Shown piece by piece: positions 25,779 through 34,267 of a stretch of 53,620 bases of DNA (position 1 is its first letter; each line of letters begins with the position of its first letter). Origin of the DNA: a virus; IMG/VR virus record IMGVR_UViG_3300045988_088394, positions 1 to 53,620 of that record, one strand, 5' to 3'. A model generated the notes under the pieces. That model was given only the letters and a program-made list of their open reading frames with translations, did no database searches and was not told the origin of the DNA. The position numbers were made by a program, and so were the translations under genes.

Positions 25779-26426
25779 ATGCAGAATTACAGCCCAGCGA
25801 ATTGGCATTATCTGGCGCAGATAGGCGACAAGGTTTATCTAAGAGAGTGCGCTGCACTTGGTGCGTTAAACACGCTGTACGATAACGCTGGCGCAGCTCA
25901 GTCTTGGCTCGAAATACAGATAACAGGTATGTTCTTGAGTTCGGCAAGCGACAACGAAGTGCTTACAGAAGGCATCAGGCTGTTCGTTGACAACTTTACC
26001 GCAATAGCTTCAAGCTACAAACTCACAGAATTGATGCTGTTCTTTTCGCGATACAAGGCTGGACGTTACGATAACAGCTATGTGTCATTCGACCCTCGCA
26101 GAATAGGGCTTGCCTTTAACAAGGAGTTCCTGCCAGAGCGCAACCGCGCTATCGCAAGGATTGAAGCCTTGCAGAACACAACTAATGCAGGAAAGGACTG
26201 GTATGACCCAGCCAAAAACGGGGGAATAAGCTCGCTTGAACACTACAGAAACAACGACATATTCGACACCGAAATCATAATCAGGAGAGACAGCCAGAAT
26301 CTAAGACAAGAACTGAACATAGTTGGCAGTGTAAGCGTTAATGGAAGATGCGTGAGCAGATTGCCGAAAAACAAACTTATGCGAATAACAAAGTACAAAG
26401 AGAATGGTAGCATACTCGTAATATAG
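25779..26426 (+). CDS. Hypothetical replication-module protein
   Basis: I chose ATG 25779, 5 nt after the preceding stop, over the overlapping upstream start at 25647. Confidence 0.5.
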   Translation: MQNYSPANWHYLAQIGDKVYLRECAALGALNTLYDNAGAAQSWLEIQITGMFLSSASDNEVLTEGIRLFVDNFTAIASSYKLTELMLFFSRYKAGRYDNSYVSFDPRRIGLAFNKEFLPERNRAIARIEALQNTTNAGKDWYDPAKNGGISSLEHYRNNDIFDTEIIIRRDSQNLRQELNIVGSVSVNGRCVSRLPKNKLMRITKYKENGSILVI

Positions 26427-26511
26427 CCGAAAAGCCGCTTTTAATGCGGTTTGAGCAATTTTCTATCGATAGGCGTACAAGTGTATACATGATAAAAAAA
26501 TAACGCGTTAT

Positions 26512-27060
26512 ATGCAAAGAAAAATTTGGAGCAAAGAAGAGGAACAAATACTCGTGCAGAATTACCCTATATGCACGATTGAGGAGCTTGTGGTTCTGCT
26601 TAAGACGAGCAAGGCTAAAATTCGTCAAAAGGCGCAGAAAATGCACCTGCGTAAAACCGATGATTTTAAGCAGAACATTCTCGCACATATAGCGCATAAG
26701 AACATCTGCAAGATGCACACGGAAGAGGCACGGAAGAAACGAAAAACAACTCTCGAGAACATTATAAAATCGGAGAGATTGCGAATAAAATACGGACTGC
26801 CACAGAGAACGAACAGGGTGTTCTCTATGCTAACTGCAAAAGAGAATATGGCAGAAATTAGGAGAAGATATGAATTAAGAAAGAGGGGGTATGTTGTATT
26901 GCTCAACGGGCGCACTGTCCTATATGATGCTGCAACTAAACGAAGCGACAGAAAGGAAAGCAATCTGACGAAACTCGGGTACGAGTTTATCGCGAGAGAT
27001 GCGTACAAGGGGGATTTAACTGCAATGACAAACGATAATAAACCATCAACGATAATATAA
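26512..27060 (+). CDS. Hypothetical basic protein (Myb/SANT-like N-terminus)
   Basis: 182 aa beginning WSKEEEQILVQNY. Confidence 0.5.
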   Translation: MQRKIWSKEEEQILVQNYPICTIEELVVLLKTSKAKIRQKAQKMHLRKTDDFKQNILAHIAHKNICKMHTEEARKKRKTTLENIIKSERLRIKYGLPQRTNRVFSMLTAKENMAEIRRRYELRKRGYVVLLNGRTVLYDAATKRSDRKESNLTKLGYEFIARDAYKGDLTAMTNDNKPSTII

Positions 27061-27068
27061 TAACAGCG

Positions 27069-27860
27069 ATGAACAACCTAACAACAACGACACAAGGTAA
27101 CCCATTCTTCGGCAAGAGCCTGAAAAGACGCATTGGCTCACCTCTCTACACCACCTACAAGAATGGCATTAACGAGCTGGAGGAGCGCGACAGACGATGC
27201 AGAGAAGAACCGACGAGCAAGGAGAGCCGCATATTTGGTGATGTGTTCTACTTGAACATGATGCGCAAAGAACTTGCTAACGAGAAGCTGCGCAGTGCGC
27301 TGTGCGCTATCAGTCAGAGCAAGTACTACCGACACGACATTAAGAAGAGCGTGAAGGAACTTCAGATTAAGATAGCAAGGTGGGATAGTGATATAGCTCG
27401 CTGCATAGCTACCGACAGCTTGATTGACATGTATGACGGACTTGCAGAGTGGACCAGTCAACACTTTGAACACTTGTGGCAACCGTTTTACTACTCGGTG
27501 ATGCAGGTGCTTACTCGGAATGGCGTTAAGGACGCTCCCGTAATGGCGGCTCTTGAATGTGCGCTGCCTTTGTGTGAGTATGCCAACGGCCGATTGCTGA
27601 TGGATATTGCACAGACTGCAATGGACTGCCCTGCCACAAAGCTGCTTAGCGTGATGGTGGAGGAGGATATTTACCGCATGGCCGACAGACTACGCACAAG
27701 ACTGGCTGGCATTGTGACTGGCAAGGACGAGGAGATTGACCTTAATGCCGACACAAACGTCAACACAGCTGGCGTCAATCTGCTTAACGCATTGAGCAAC
27801 ACGGAGCAGATGAAGGGCTGGCTACAAGATTACTTTGAATATCGCGATAGTGCGAAATAA
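27069..27860 (+). CDS. Hypothetical protein
   Basis: 263-aa ORF. Confidence 0.55.
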   Translation: MNNLTTTTQGNPFFGKSLKRRIGSPLYTTYKNGINELEERDRRCREEPTSKESRIFGDVFYLNMMRKELANEKLRSALCAISQSKYYRHDIKKSVKELQIKIARWDSDIARCIATDSLIDMYDGLAEWTSQHFEHLWQPFYYSVMQVLTRNGVKDAPVMAALECALPLCEYANGRLLMDIAQTAMDCPATKLLSVMVEEDIYRMADRLRTRLAGIVTGKDEEIDLNADTNVNTAGVNLLNALSNTEQMKGWLQDYFEYRDSAK

Positions 27861-27872
27861 ATTGACAACGAC

Positions 27873-28037
27873 ATGACGATAGAAGAAAGAGTACTGCACT
27901 ACACAAGACGTAATTCCTACGGGAGATTGATATTCCCGCATTGCGTGAGAGCGCACATTGACGAGATTATGCTTTATGCGCCTTGGGCGTTGAGCGCGAC
28001 AGAAGTGGATAACATTAAGAGAGGTATTATGCGATGA
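27873..28037 (+). CDS. Small hypothetical protein (54 aa)
   Basis: Hand-translated. ATGA overlap with the next ORF at 28034-28037. Confidence 0.35.
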   Translation: MTIEERVLHYTRRNSYGRLIFPHCVRAHIDEIMLYAPWALSATEVDNIKRGIMR

Positions 28038-28216
28038 ATAAGCCAGTGTGCAAGAACTGCAAATACTATGTGTGGAAAACAAACTTGCTCTATCTGCCAA
28101 ACGGATATTATTGCAAGTATGCCTTCAAGCCCTATGCTCACAAGTGGGGCAATTGCATTGATGATTGCGAATACAACGACAGGGTAGCACGTGAATGCAA
28201 TAGCACAAATACCTGA
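28034..28216 (+). CDS. Small Cys-rich protein
   Basis: 60 aa with CxxC and further Cys residues (KPVCKNCKYY..CKY..GNCIDDCEY..EC). Confidence 0.4.
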   Translation: MNKPVCKNCKYYVWKTNLLYLPNGYYCKYAFKPYAHKWGNCIDDCEYNDRVARECNSTNT

Positions 28217-28381
28217 CCGTTGCAAAAAATGCAATAGTCGAGGTCATAACACAATGTACGAAGCAATAAGTTGGCATCAGTTGCAATGCAACACCTTGAT
28301 GCACTTATCTGAGAATAGATAAACAAACAACAATCACAGTTGCCAGAATAAGTGGTAGCAACAACAAAAACAAATAAAGAA

Positions 28382-28678
28382 ATGGAAACAAACATTGGAA
28401 AGAAAGTCATTATCCGCGGCGACCGCAGCGGAGTAGAGTTTGGAACATTGGTCGCACACGACGGTCAAGAGGTTACACTGCACAATGCTCGTCGCATCTG
28501 GTACTGGAGAGGAGCGGCTTCTCTCTCTCAGCTTGCCGTAGATGGTACGTCCAAACCAAGTGAATGCAAGTTTACTGTCGCGGTAGAGAGTATTACCATT
28601 ATTGACGCAATAGAGATAATTCCTTGCACAGACAAAGCGATAGAATCAATAGAAGGAGTACCAGCATGGAAACATTAG
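28382..28678 (+). CDS. Hypothetical protein
   Basis: Starts at ATG 28382 (METNIGKKVIIRGDRSGVEFGTLV..). 98 aa. Confidence 0.55.
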   Translation: METNIGKKVIIRGDRSGVEFGTLVAHDGQEVTLHNARRIWYWRGAASLSQLAVDGTSKPSECKFTVAVESITIIDAIEIIPCTDKAIESIEGVPAWKH

Positions 28679-29394
28679 AAACGCGCATTAACGCATTTTT
28701 GAGCACGACCTCAGGAGAAGGCTTTGGCTATGGCTCTGGCGAGGGCTATGACAATGGCTCTGGCTATGGCTCTTGCGAGGGCTATGACAATGGCTCTGGC
28801 TATGGCTATGACGCTGGTAAATGCTATGGCTATGGCGATGACCATGGATATGGCGAAGGCTATGGATTTGGCTCTGGCTCTGGCGATGGCTCTGGCGCTG
28901 GCTATGGCGATGGAGGCATAAAGGAACTGAATGGAGACAATGTCCATCTCATAGATGGTATACAAACCATTATAAAATCAGTTCGCGGCAACATTGCGCA
29001 AGGTTTTATCTTAAAAAACGACCTTACTTTGCAGCCTTGCTACATTGTCAAGGAACAAAATTATTTCGCTCATGGCGACACCTTGCACGATGCTTTCACA
29101 TCTCTGCGAGAAAAGCTCTATGACGATAGCACAGAAGAAGAGCGAATAGAGGCGTTTGTGAAGGAATTTCCCGACTACGACACGCCTTATCCCAACCGCG
29201 ACCTTTTCGCTTATCACCACGTTCTCACTGGCTCATGCCGCATGGGGAGAGAGAGCTTTTGCAAGAATAATGGCATAAACCTTGATGGCAGCACCACAGT
29301 CCGCGAGTTCGTATCTCTGACAAAGGATAGCTATGGCTCAGAAACTATTCGTAGGCTACCGCAGGCTTATGGAGTGGACGAGCAAAACGAATGA
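28666..29394 (+). CDS. Protein with an N-terminal Gly/Tyr-rich low-complexity repeat and a globular C-terminal domain
   Basis: Starts at ATG 28666. About 70 aa of GYG/GSG/GDG repeats are encoded by tandem DNA repeats at 28726-28915, followed by a C-terminal domain of about 160 aa. Confidence 0.6.
   Translation: METLETRINAFLSTTSGEGFGYGSGEGYDNGSGYGSCEGYDNGSGYGYDAGKCYGYGDDHGYGEGYGFGSGSGDGSGAGYGDGGIKELNGDNVHLIDGIQTIIKSVRGNIAQGFILKNDLTLQPCYIVKEQNYFAHGDTLHDAFTSLREKLYDDSTEEERIEAFVKEFPDYDTPYPNRDLFAYHHVLTGSCRMGRESFCKNNGINLDGSTTVREFVSLTKDSYGSETIRRLPQAYGVDEQNE
28741..28812 (+). repeat. Tandem 36-bp coding repeat (2 units) within a longer GGC-TAT-GGC-rich tract (28726-28915)
   Basis: GAGGGCTATGACAATGGCTCTGGCTATGGCTCTTGC followed by GAGGGCTATGACAATGGCTCTGGCTATGGCTATGAC. 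Confidence 0.9.
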
Positions 29395-29400
29395 AAGAAT

Positions 29401-29592
29401 ATGACGGAAAAAGAAAAGATTAGAATGCTGCTTAAGATGCGCAACAAGATTGCGAGCATGGGCATGGACTACAAGTGCAGCTGCACGTTCGTTGAGAACA
29501 GGCTGACAGACCCGAATGTCACAAAGACGTTTGATGCGCTGAGAGAGGCACTGGATAGCCAGTTACGTAAACAATTCAAATTTAACATATAA
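29401..29592 (+). CDS. Hypothetical protein
   Basis: 63-aa ORF. Confidence 0.45.
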   Translation: MTEKEKIRMLLKMRNKIASMGMDYKCSCTFVENRLTDPNVTKTFDALREALDSQLRKQFKFNI

Positions 29593-29596
29593 AACT

Positions 29597-29911
29597 ATGA
29601 CAACAACATTCTACAATTACACACCCCACTCGATAACGCTTAACAGCGGAGAGAAGTATGACAGTGTCGGGGTGGCACGAGTTAGCAATACCTTTAGCGA
29701 AGTTGACGATAACGGCATTTGCTCAGTGAGCTATGGCGACATAACTGGGCTTCCCGAGCCTACTGATGGGTGTACGTATATCGTTAGTGCTTTGGTGCTT
29801 GCCGCAGCTAAGGCGTCAGGTCGAACGGATTGTGTCGCGCCAGCTACGGGCCACCCTGAATGTCTGCGCAAGGACGGGTTCATCGTTTCTGTTCCTTGCT
29901 TTGTGAGATAA
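29597..29911 (+). CDS. Hypothetical protein
   Basis: 104-aa ORF. Confidence 0.5.
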   Translation: MTTTFYNYTPHSITLNSGEKYDSVGVARVSNTFSEVDDNGICSVSYGDITGLPEPTDGCTYIVSALVLAAAKASGRTDCVAPATGHPECLRKDGFIVSVPCFVR

Positions 29912-29938
29912 CATTACTAACAACAAAAACCAAACAAT

Positions 29939-30139
29939 ATGCAAGTAGAAATAAGTGCAATGATTGAGGATTACGATATTCTCGCTTACGTGCCGACGCA
30001 TAAACAGGCTAAAGTAATTGACAACATCTTCTGTGAGTGTTCCGAAGAGAGTAGAATAGAATTTCTTCACTGTCTTGAAGATTATTATTTTGTCGACGAA
30101 CTGGAGGCACGTGGATATACGATTACTAAAAATAAATAA
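29939..30139 (+). CDS. Hypothetical acidic protein
   Basis: 66-aa ORF. Confidence 0.4.
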   Translation: MQVEISAMIEDYDILAYVPTHKQAKVIDNIFCECSEESRIEFLHCLEDYYFVDELEARGYTITKNK

Positions 30140-30143
30140 AACA

Positions 30144-30581
30144 ATGAACATAGCAGAAATATTGTATGAATGTCCAAGAGACACAAAGCTTTATAGCTCA
30201 ATATTTGGCGAGCTAAGCTTATTGTACGTTCTGCCTTGCTCGCTTTATCCTATATATTGTAAGGTAATAGGGAGTGGAAGCATAGTAAGTTTTGCAGAAG
30301 ACGGTAAACGTAACATAACAGATGCAGAACCTACGCTATTCCCATCAAAAGAGCAACGCGATTGGAGCAAGTTTGGAGTTAGTGACCAAGAAAACAAACA
30401 TCAGTTCAAGCCATTTGATAAGGTTCTTGTGCGAGACATTGATGAAAATGAATGGGAGTGCAGCCTTTTTAGTCACATAGACGAGGAAGGCTATTATGTT
30501 TGCGTTGGCTCATGGTGGATGCAGTGTATTCCATACGAGGGTAACGAACATCTTTTAGGAACTACAAAAAAACAACAATGA
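30144..30581 (+). CDS. Hypothetical protein, distant member of the tandem paralogue set
   Basis: Starts at ATG 30144. The C-terminal pattern F.PFDKVLVRD..E.W.. resembles that of the next two genes. Confidence 0.5.
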   Translation: MNIAEILYECPRDTKLYSSIFGELSLLYVLPCSLYPIYCKVIGSGSIVSFAEDGKRNITDAEPTLFPSKEQRDWSKFGVSDQENKHQFKPFDKVLVRDIDENEWECSLFSHIDEEGYYVCVGSWWMQCIPYEGNEHLLGTTKKQQ

Positions 30582-31144
30582 CACGAACAAAATTTAAGAA
30601 AATTCCATTTAACATTGAATTGGCAAAACAAATTACAAAAAAGGAAGTGAAAGGGCGCATCGTTACACGAGACGGACGGAAGATAAGGATAATCTGCACC
30701 GACAGAAAGGATAAGTCTGACGTTATAGCACAATATAGCGTAATAGCGTTGGTGACGGAAAAAGACGGACATGAATGCGAGTACGAGTATTTGAACACTG
30801 GTAGGTTTTCTGCTGTTATCGAAGAAACCGACTTAGACCTCCACATTGAAGTCCCCACCTACTACCGCGACTACTCCAACTTTGTTCCTCAAAGATGGCA
30901 GACTTGTTTGGTGAGAGATTATTCTTTAGATATATGGAGAGTAGCAGTATGTAGCGGAAAAGATGCTTATGGTAGACCACTCTTTTACTCGGAAAGAAAT
31001 GCTGATGGCTGTTGCGGTTGGTATCATTATCTCCCACTTTCTAAGGTAACCGAGCGTCTGATTGGTATAAGCAAGAGCTACGAAGAACTGATAAAAGAAC
31101 TTGATGCAGAATCAACTGCAACAACTAAAAACGAGCAACAATGA
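30578..31144 (+). CDS. Hypothetical protein, tandem paralogue A
   Basis: 188 aa. It shares its N-terminus MTRT.FK..PFN.ELAK.IT.KEVKGRIVTRDGR and the C-terminal LPLSKVTERLIG..KSYE.LI.ELD with 31141..31680. Confidence 0.6.
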   Translation: MTRTKFKKIPFNIELAKQITKKEVKGRIVTRDGRKIRIICTDRKDKSDVIAQYSVIALVTEKDGHECEYEYLNTGRFSAVIEETDLDLHIEVPTYYRDYSNFVPQRWQTCLVRDYSLDIWRVAVCSGKDAYGRPLFYSERNADGCCGWYHYLPLSKVTERLIGISKSYEELIKELDAESTATTKNEQQ

Positions 31145-31680
31145 CACGAACAACATTTAAGAGAGTTCCATTCAACCTTGAATTGGCGAAGAAGATAACG
31201 AACAAGGAGGTTAAAGGGCGCATCGTTACACGAGACGGACGTCGGGCAAGGATAATTTGTTTCGACAGAAAGGAAACAGATGATATTTTCGACCCTCCCA
31301 AAAACATAATTGCGCTTGTGGAGAATAAAGAAGGGAGCGAAGGCGTGTTCGAGGTTAGACATACTGGTATGATTCTTCTTGGTGAAGAAACAGACTATGA
31401 CCTCCTAATCGAAGTCCCCACCTACTACCGCGACTACACAAACTTTGTGCCGCAAAAGTGGCAGCCTTGCTTGGTGAGAGATAGCGAGGAAGATGAGTGG
31501 TGGGTACAGGTGTGCGCATGTAAGGACATTGATGGCGAAATTTTGTTCTACGTGTATGATGGCGATATAGAAACTTGGAAGTACTGTCTCCCCCTCTCCA
31601 AAGTGACCGAACGCTTGATTGGTACAACCAAGAGCTACGAACAACTAATAGAAGAACTTGACGAAAATGACCAAGATTAA
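31141..31680 (+). CDS. Hypothetical protein, tandem paralogue B
   Basis: 179 aa. Clear paralogue of 30578..31144, with ATGA overlap. Confidence 0.6.
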   Translation: MTRTTFKRVPFNLELAKKITNKEVKGRIVTRDGRRARIICFDRKETDDIFDPPKNIIALVENKEGSEGVFEVRHTGMILLGEETDYDLLIEVPTYYRDYTNFVPQKWQPCLVRDSEEDEWWVQVCACKDIDGEILFYVYDGDIETWKYCLPLSKVTERLIGTTKSYEQLIEELDENDQD

Positions 31681-31837
31681 ATCATGTGACGGGCAAGGCT
31701 GCAAGGAGCGCAAGGCTTGTTTGCGCTATGCCCTGTCGCATACAGAGAGTGACAGAAGCAACATCTACAAGGCTTGCTATTACACACAGCGGGACGGGTG
31801 CGGCTGCCCGATAATGATTAAACAGAGAACAATATGA
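31667..31837 (+). CDS. Small Cys-rich protein (56 aa)
   Basis: Hand-translated: MTKIKSCDGQGCKERKACLRYAL..GCGCPIMIKQRTI. ATGA overlap with the next gene. The 200-aa antisense ORF here is rejected. Confidence 0.35.
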   Translation: MTKIKSCDGQGCKERKACLRYALSHTESDRSNIYKACYYTQRDGCGCPIMIKQRTI

Positions 31838-32217
31838 AAGAGGACATGACAGCACTTGTGCTAAGACACATACCAGAACGTGTTCCGCGCACCAAAGCGG
31901 AGCTTGCCGACATCTATCTGACCGAGTCGAACAAAATTGAAACAGACCGCATGAAGTCGCGTGAAAGGAAACGTAACGATGAAGAGGTGACCAAGAGCCG
32001 CTACGGCTCGCTGATTGCCGACAAGGAGGCGCAACTTTCAGAACTGCAAGACGAAATAGAAACGCTGAGACATGAAATGTTTGAGCAATTCGTATATACC
32101 AGCGCGGAAGAAGAGCGCAGAAACCAGGAACTTGCCGACAGACGAAAAGTTCTTGATATGTGGTTTGAGACAATGCGTAACAGAATAGAAAAAGACGATG
32201 AGCGGAAAACGTGTTAA
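31834..32217 (+). CDS. Hypothetical coiled-coil protein
   Basis: 127-aa charged ORF. Confidence 0.5.
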   Translation: MKEDMTALVLRHIPERVPRTKAELADIYLTESNKIETDRMKSRERKRNDEEVTKSRYGSLIADKEAQLSELQDEIETLRHEMFEQFVYTSAEEERRNQELADRRKVLDMWFETMRNRIEKDDERKTC

Positions 32218-32419
32218 AGCCTACCTCGCTACTGACTATGACGGGAGTAGCGCGCTGTTTTTCAGCAAGCCTAAATGCTACCACATGAGCGAGGGCCGCG
32301 TGTATTTTTACAGTAGTCTTGGCAGAGCTTATATCGGCAAGGAATTGCTTGATGATATTAAGCCAGAACCGAACGAAATGATAGAAGTAGAAATAGTTGT
32401 AAACAGATTAAACGGTTAA
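32198..32419 (+). CDS. Hypothetical protein
   Basis: 73-aa ORF. Confidence 0.45.
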   Translation: MSGKRVKAYLATDYDGSSALFFSKPKCYHMSEGRVYFYSSLGRAYIGKELLDDIKPEPNEMIEVEIVVNRLNG

Positions 32420-32424
32420 AAAAC

Positions 32425-32730
32425 ATGATAATGAAACTTTTTGTAGAAGAAATAAAGGAGATGTATGCAGTGTTAGAAGATGCCATACAGAACTCTGACC
32501 ACACGGATTTTGACAAGTGCTATTGGGCACTTGAAGAGTTGTGCAAGCACGCCCTGCACGGCTTAAACCGATATGAGGGAACCTCTGTTCATGATTCCAG
32601 GGAGATGGAAAAAAGAGACATGAATTATGTGCAGGGACTCATGAGCAAGGAGGAGGCGAAAGCTTACCTTGATGCTGAGTGGGAGAGCGCATGCGAACTT
32701 GATGGTATTAAGGAGGAGGACAAGGCATGA
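32425..32730 (+). CDS. Hypothetical acidic protein
   Basis: 101-aa ORF. Confidence 0.5.
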   Translation: MIMKLFVEEIKEMYAVLEDAIQNSDHTDFDKCYWALEELCKHALHGLNRYEGTSVHDSREMEKRDMNYVQGLMSKEEAKAYLDAEWESACELDGIKEEDKA

Positions 32731-32918
32731 TAGAAATAATATTTGCGGCTGTGGCTTTTGTGCTTAGCGTTTACTTGGCTTACCTTGCAGGCAAGGATAT
32801 TGGCAGAGAGAACGGATATTATGAGGGCCGCAGCGAGGCTCGCAGAGACCTTGAACACATTGTTGAACACTACAAAAAAATGGCTTATGCAAAGGACTCT
32901 TCAACAAAGGGCGCGTGA
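32727..32918 (+). CDS. Small membrane-anchored protein
   Basis: ATGA overlap with the previous gene. N-terminal TM: IIFAAVAFVLSVYLAYLAG. Confidence 0.4.
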   Translation: MIEIIFAAVAFVLSVYLAYLAGKDIGRENGYYEGRSEARRDLEHIVEHYKKMAYAKDSSTKGA

Positions 32919-33039
32919 GGCTGCCGACCGCATTCGCTGTGACGAGTGTGGCGAGCAAATCACTTGCACGCCACTGATGGCAAAGGCTTGCCTTAAAGGT
33001 TTTATTCGCGGTTATGTTGCCGCAAACACAAAAAAGTAA
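32887..33039 (+). CDS. Small Cys-containing protein (50 aa), start uncertain
   Basis: Internal ATG of ORF 32743..33039. The upstream part overlaps the previous gene. Confidence 0.25.
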   Translation: MQRTLQQRAREAADRIRCDECGEQITCTPLMAKACLKGFIRGYVAANTKK

Positions 33040-33044
33040 AAGAC

Positions 33045-33152
33045 ATGATAAAGCCTGAGATGATATTAGATTACGGCATGAGTATTGCGCTTGTAATAGC
33101 CTTTATCTACATGACCTATCGCGTGATTAAAAAAATATTCGATGAAGAATGA
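33045..33152 (+). CDS. Small hydrophobic peptide (35 aa)
   Basis: Hand-translated: MIKPEMILDYGMSIALVIAFIYMTYRVIKKIFDEE. One TM. Confidence 0.3.
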   Translation: MIKPEMILDYGMSIALVIAFIYMTYRVIKKIFDEE

Positions 33153-33244
33153 AACTACTGATAGTAATAGCACTAATGTTGTTCGTGTATTGGCTGTGGA
33201 AGGACATCAACCGTCATGACGGGCCACCGATTGCGAGCAGCTAA
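33149..33244 (+). CDS. Small hydrophobic peptide (31 aa)
   Basis: ATGA overlap with the previous gene. MKLLIVIALMLFVYWLWKDINRHDGPPIASS. One TM. Confidence 0.3.
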   Translation: MKLLIVIALMLFVYWLWKDINRHDGPPIASS

Positions 33245-33376
33245 TTAGCAACAGACATACCCCACTTACCAACCTCATAATTTTTTCACTTCATAAATAT
33301 AATGGTTTTGTTTAGTTGGATTTGTTTTTAATTGCCCGAGGTCGGGTAACACTCGGTCCGTGTCCGAGGTGGGGTA

Positions 33377-33460
33377 CAAAATGTACCGTGACTGAATGTA
33401 GCCACGGTACTTGATTGAGACATCGGAAGTTTGTCTCGGAGGTGTAATCTCCAATAGAAA
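33377..33460 (-). ncRNA. Candidate small RNA (about 85 nt, three hairpins, U-rich tail)
   Basis: Minus strand: GGAG-attacac-CTCC, GAGACA-aacttccga-TGTCTC, then GTACCGTG-gctacattcagt-CACGGTAC followed by ATTTTG. It is preceded by the TACTTTTG box. Confidence 0.35.
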
Positions 33461-33466
33461 TCATTG

Positions 33467-33474
33467 CAAAAGTA
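33467..33474 (-). promoter_or_regulatory. TAnnTTTG -7 box (TACTTTTG on the minus strand)
   Basis: Reverse complement of CAAAAGTA. It points into the hairpin-rich region 33377-33460. Confidence 0.35.
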
Positions 33475-33613
33475 CGAAAAGCAACAATAAGCCCTCTCTG
33501 CAACGCCACAATTTTAATAACTTAATACTAAAGGATTGATTTTTAATAGGTGCAGTGGTGTCGGCAGCACGTGGTTCGTGGCCACGGAGGGCGCAATTTT
33601 AATTAGAGATAAT

Positions 33614-33781
33614 ATGACTACGAAACAAGTTATTCATGCCCTGCACCTGCACCAGAAATGGCGCAGAGGGGCAATAAGCGAGATGCCATTAACGGCAAAG
33701 GAATATGGACAAGCCCTGGACGAGGCTATAAGACTATTACGGCAATATGACAAACAGCAAGAAAACGGGGCAATGCGGTGA
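33614..33781 (+). CDS. Small hypothetical protein (55 aa)
   Basis: I chose ATG 33614 within ORF 33536..33781. The upstream part is a structured non-coding leader. Confidence 0.4.
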   Translation: MTTKQVIHALHLHQKWRRGAISEMPLTAKEYGQALDEAIRLLRQYDKQQENGAMR

Positions 33782-33902
33782 TTGCATGAGGTTCGCCAAA
33801 GGACGATGCCCGAAATTCTTTTCTAATTCTGTGCTTACCGCGTGTAATGGCTTCACACATAGCAAATCAGTAACTAAAAATACACACTTCGATAAAGTAT
33901 AA
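33747..33902 (+). CDS. Small Cys-rich protein (51 aa)
   Basis: Hand-translated: MTNSKKTGQCGDCMRFAKGRCPKFF..ACNGFTH... It ends 5 nt before the MazG start. Confidence 0.3.
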   Translation: MTNSKKTGQCGDCMRFAKGRCPKFFSNSVLTACNGFTHSKSVTKNTHFDKV

Positions 33903-33907
33903 ACATT

Positions 33908-34267
33908 ATGACATTCGACGAATACCAAGAACTTGCAATGACTTTCTGCACAAAGGAGAGTAACAATTTACCATACATGATACTCGGCCTTAACGAGGAA
34001 GTTGGAGAACTGACAGGAAAGCTTGCAAAAGCAGTGCGCAAAGGACTGCTAAAGCCTGACCTCACCTTTGACGAGGATAACGTTAATGAAGAACTTTTTG
34101 AGCTAATGGACAACCTTACAAAGGAAAGTGGCGATGTGCTATGGATGCTCGCTGGGTTACACTCCGTTCTTAACAAACGACTCGAAGCTACTGCGCATCT
34201 GAATATCCACAAACTTACAAGCCGCAAAAACAGAGGTGTTATCGTCGGGGAGGGCGACAACAGATGA
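33908..34267 (+). CDS. MazG-like nucleotide pyrophosphohydrolase
   Basis: MTFDEYQELAMTF...ILGLNEEVGELTGKLAKAVRKG fits the small phage MazG pattern. Confidence 0.7.
   Translation: MTFDEYQELAMTFCTKESNNLPYMILGLNEEVGELTGKLAKAVRKGLLKPDLTFDEDNVNEELFELMDNLTKESGDVLWMLAGLHSVLNKRLEATAHLNIHKLTSRKNRGVIVGEGDNR

Noticed and set aside
28711-28965. Ala/Ile-rich and Ala/Met-rich ORFs (28711..28965 minus, 28724..28921 plus) over the repeat tract
   Set aside because: They are artefacts of the GGC-TAT-GGC-type tandem repeats, which keep several frames open. The frame that continues into a globular C-terminal domain, 28666..29394, is the real one.
31682-32284. 200-aa minus-strand ORF
   Set aside because: It overlaps three tightly coupled + strand ORFs with ATGA junctions. 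It is Cys/Arg/Leu-rich and stands alone on the minus strand in a 12-kb + strand operon.
33312-33509. 65-aa minus-strand ORF in the structured intergenic region
   Set aside because: It spans the hairpin cluster and the putative promoter, so it would start upstream of its own promoter. No coding-like composition is evident.
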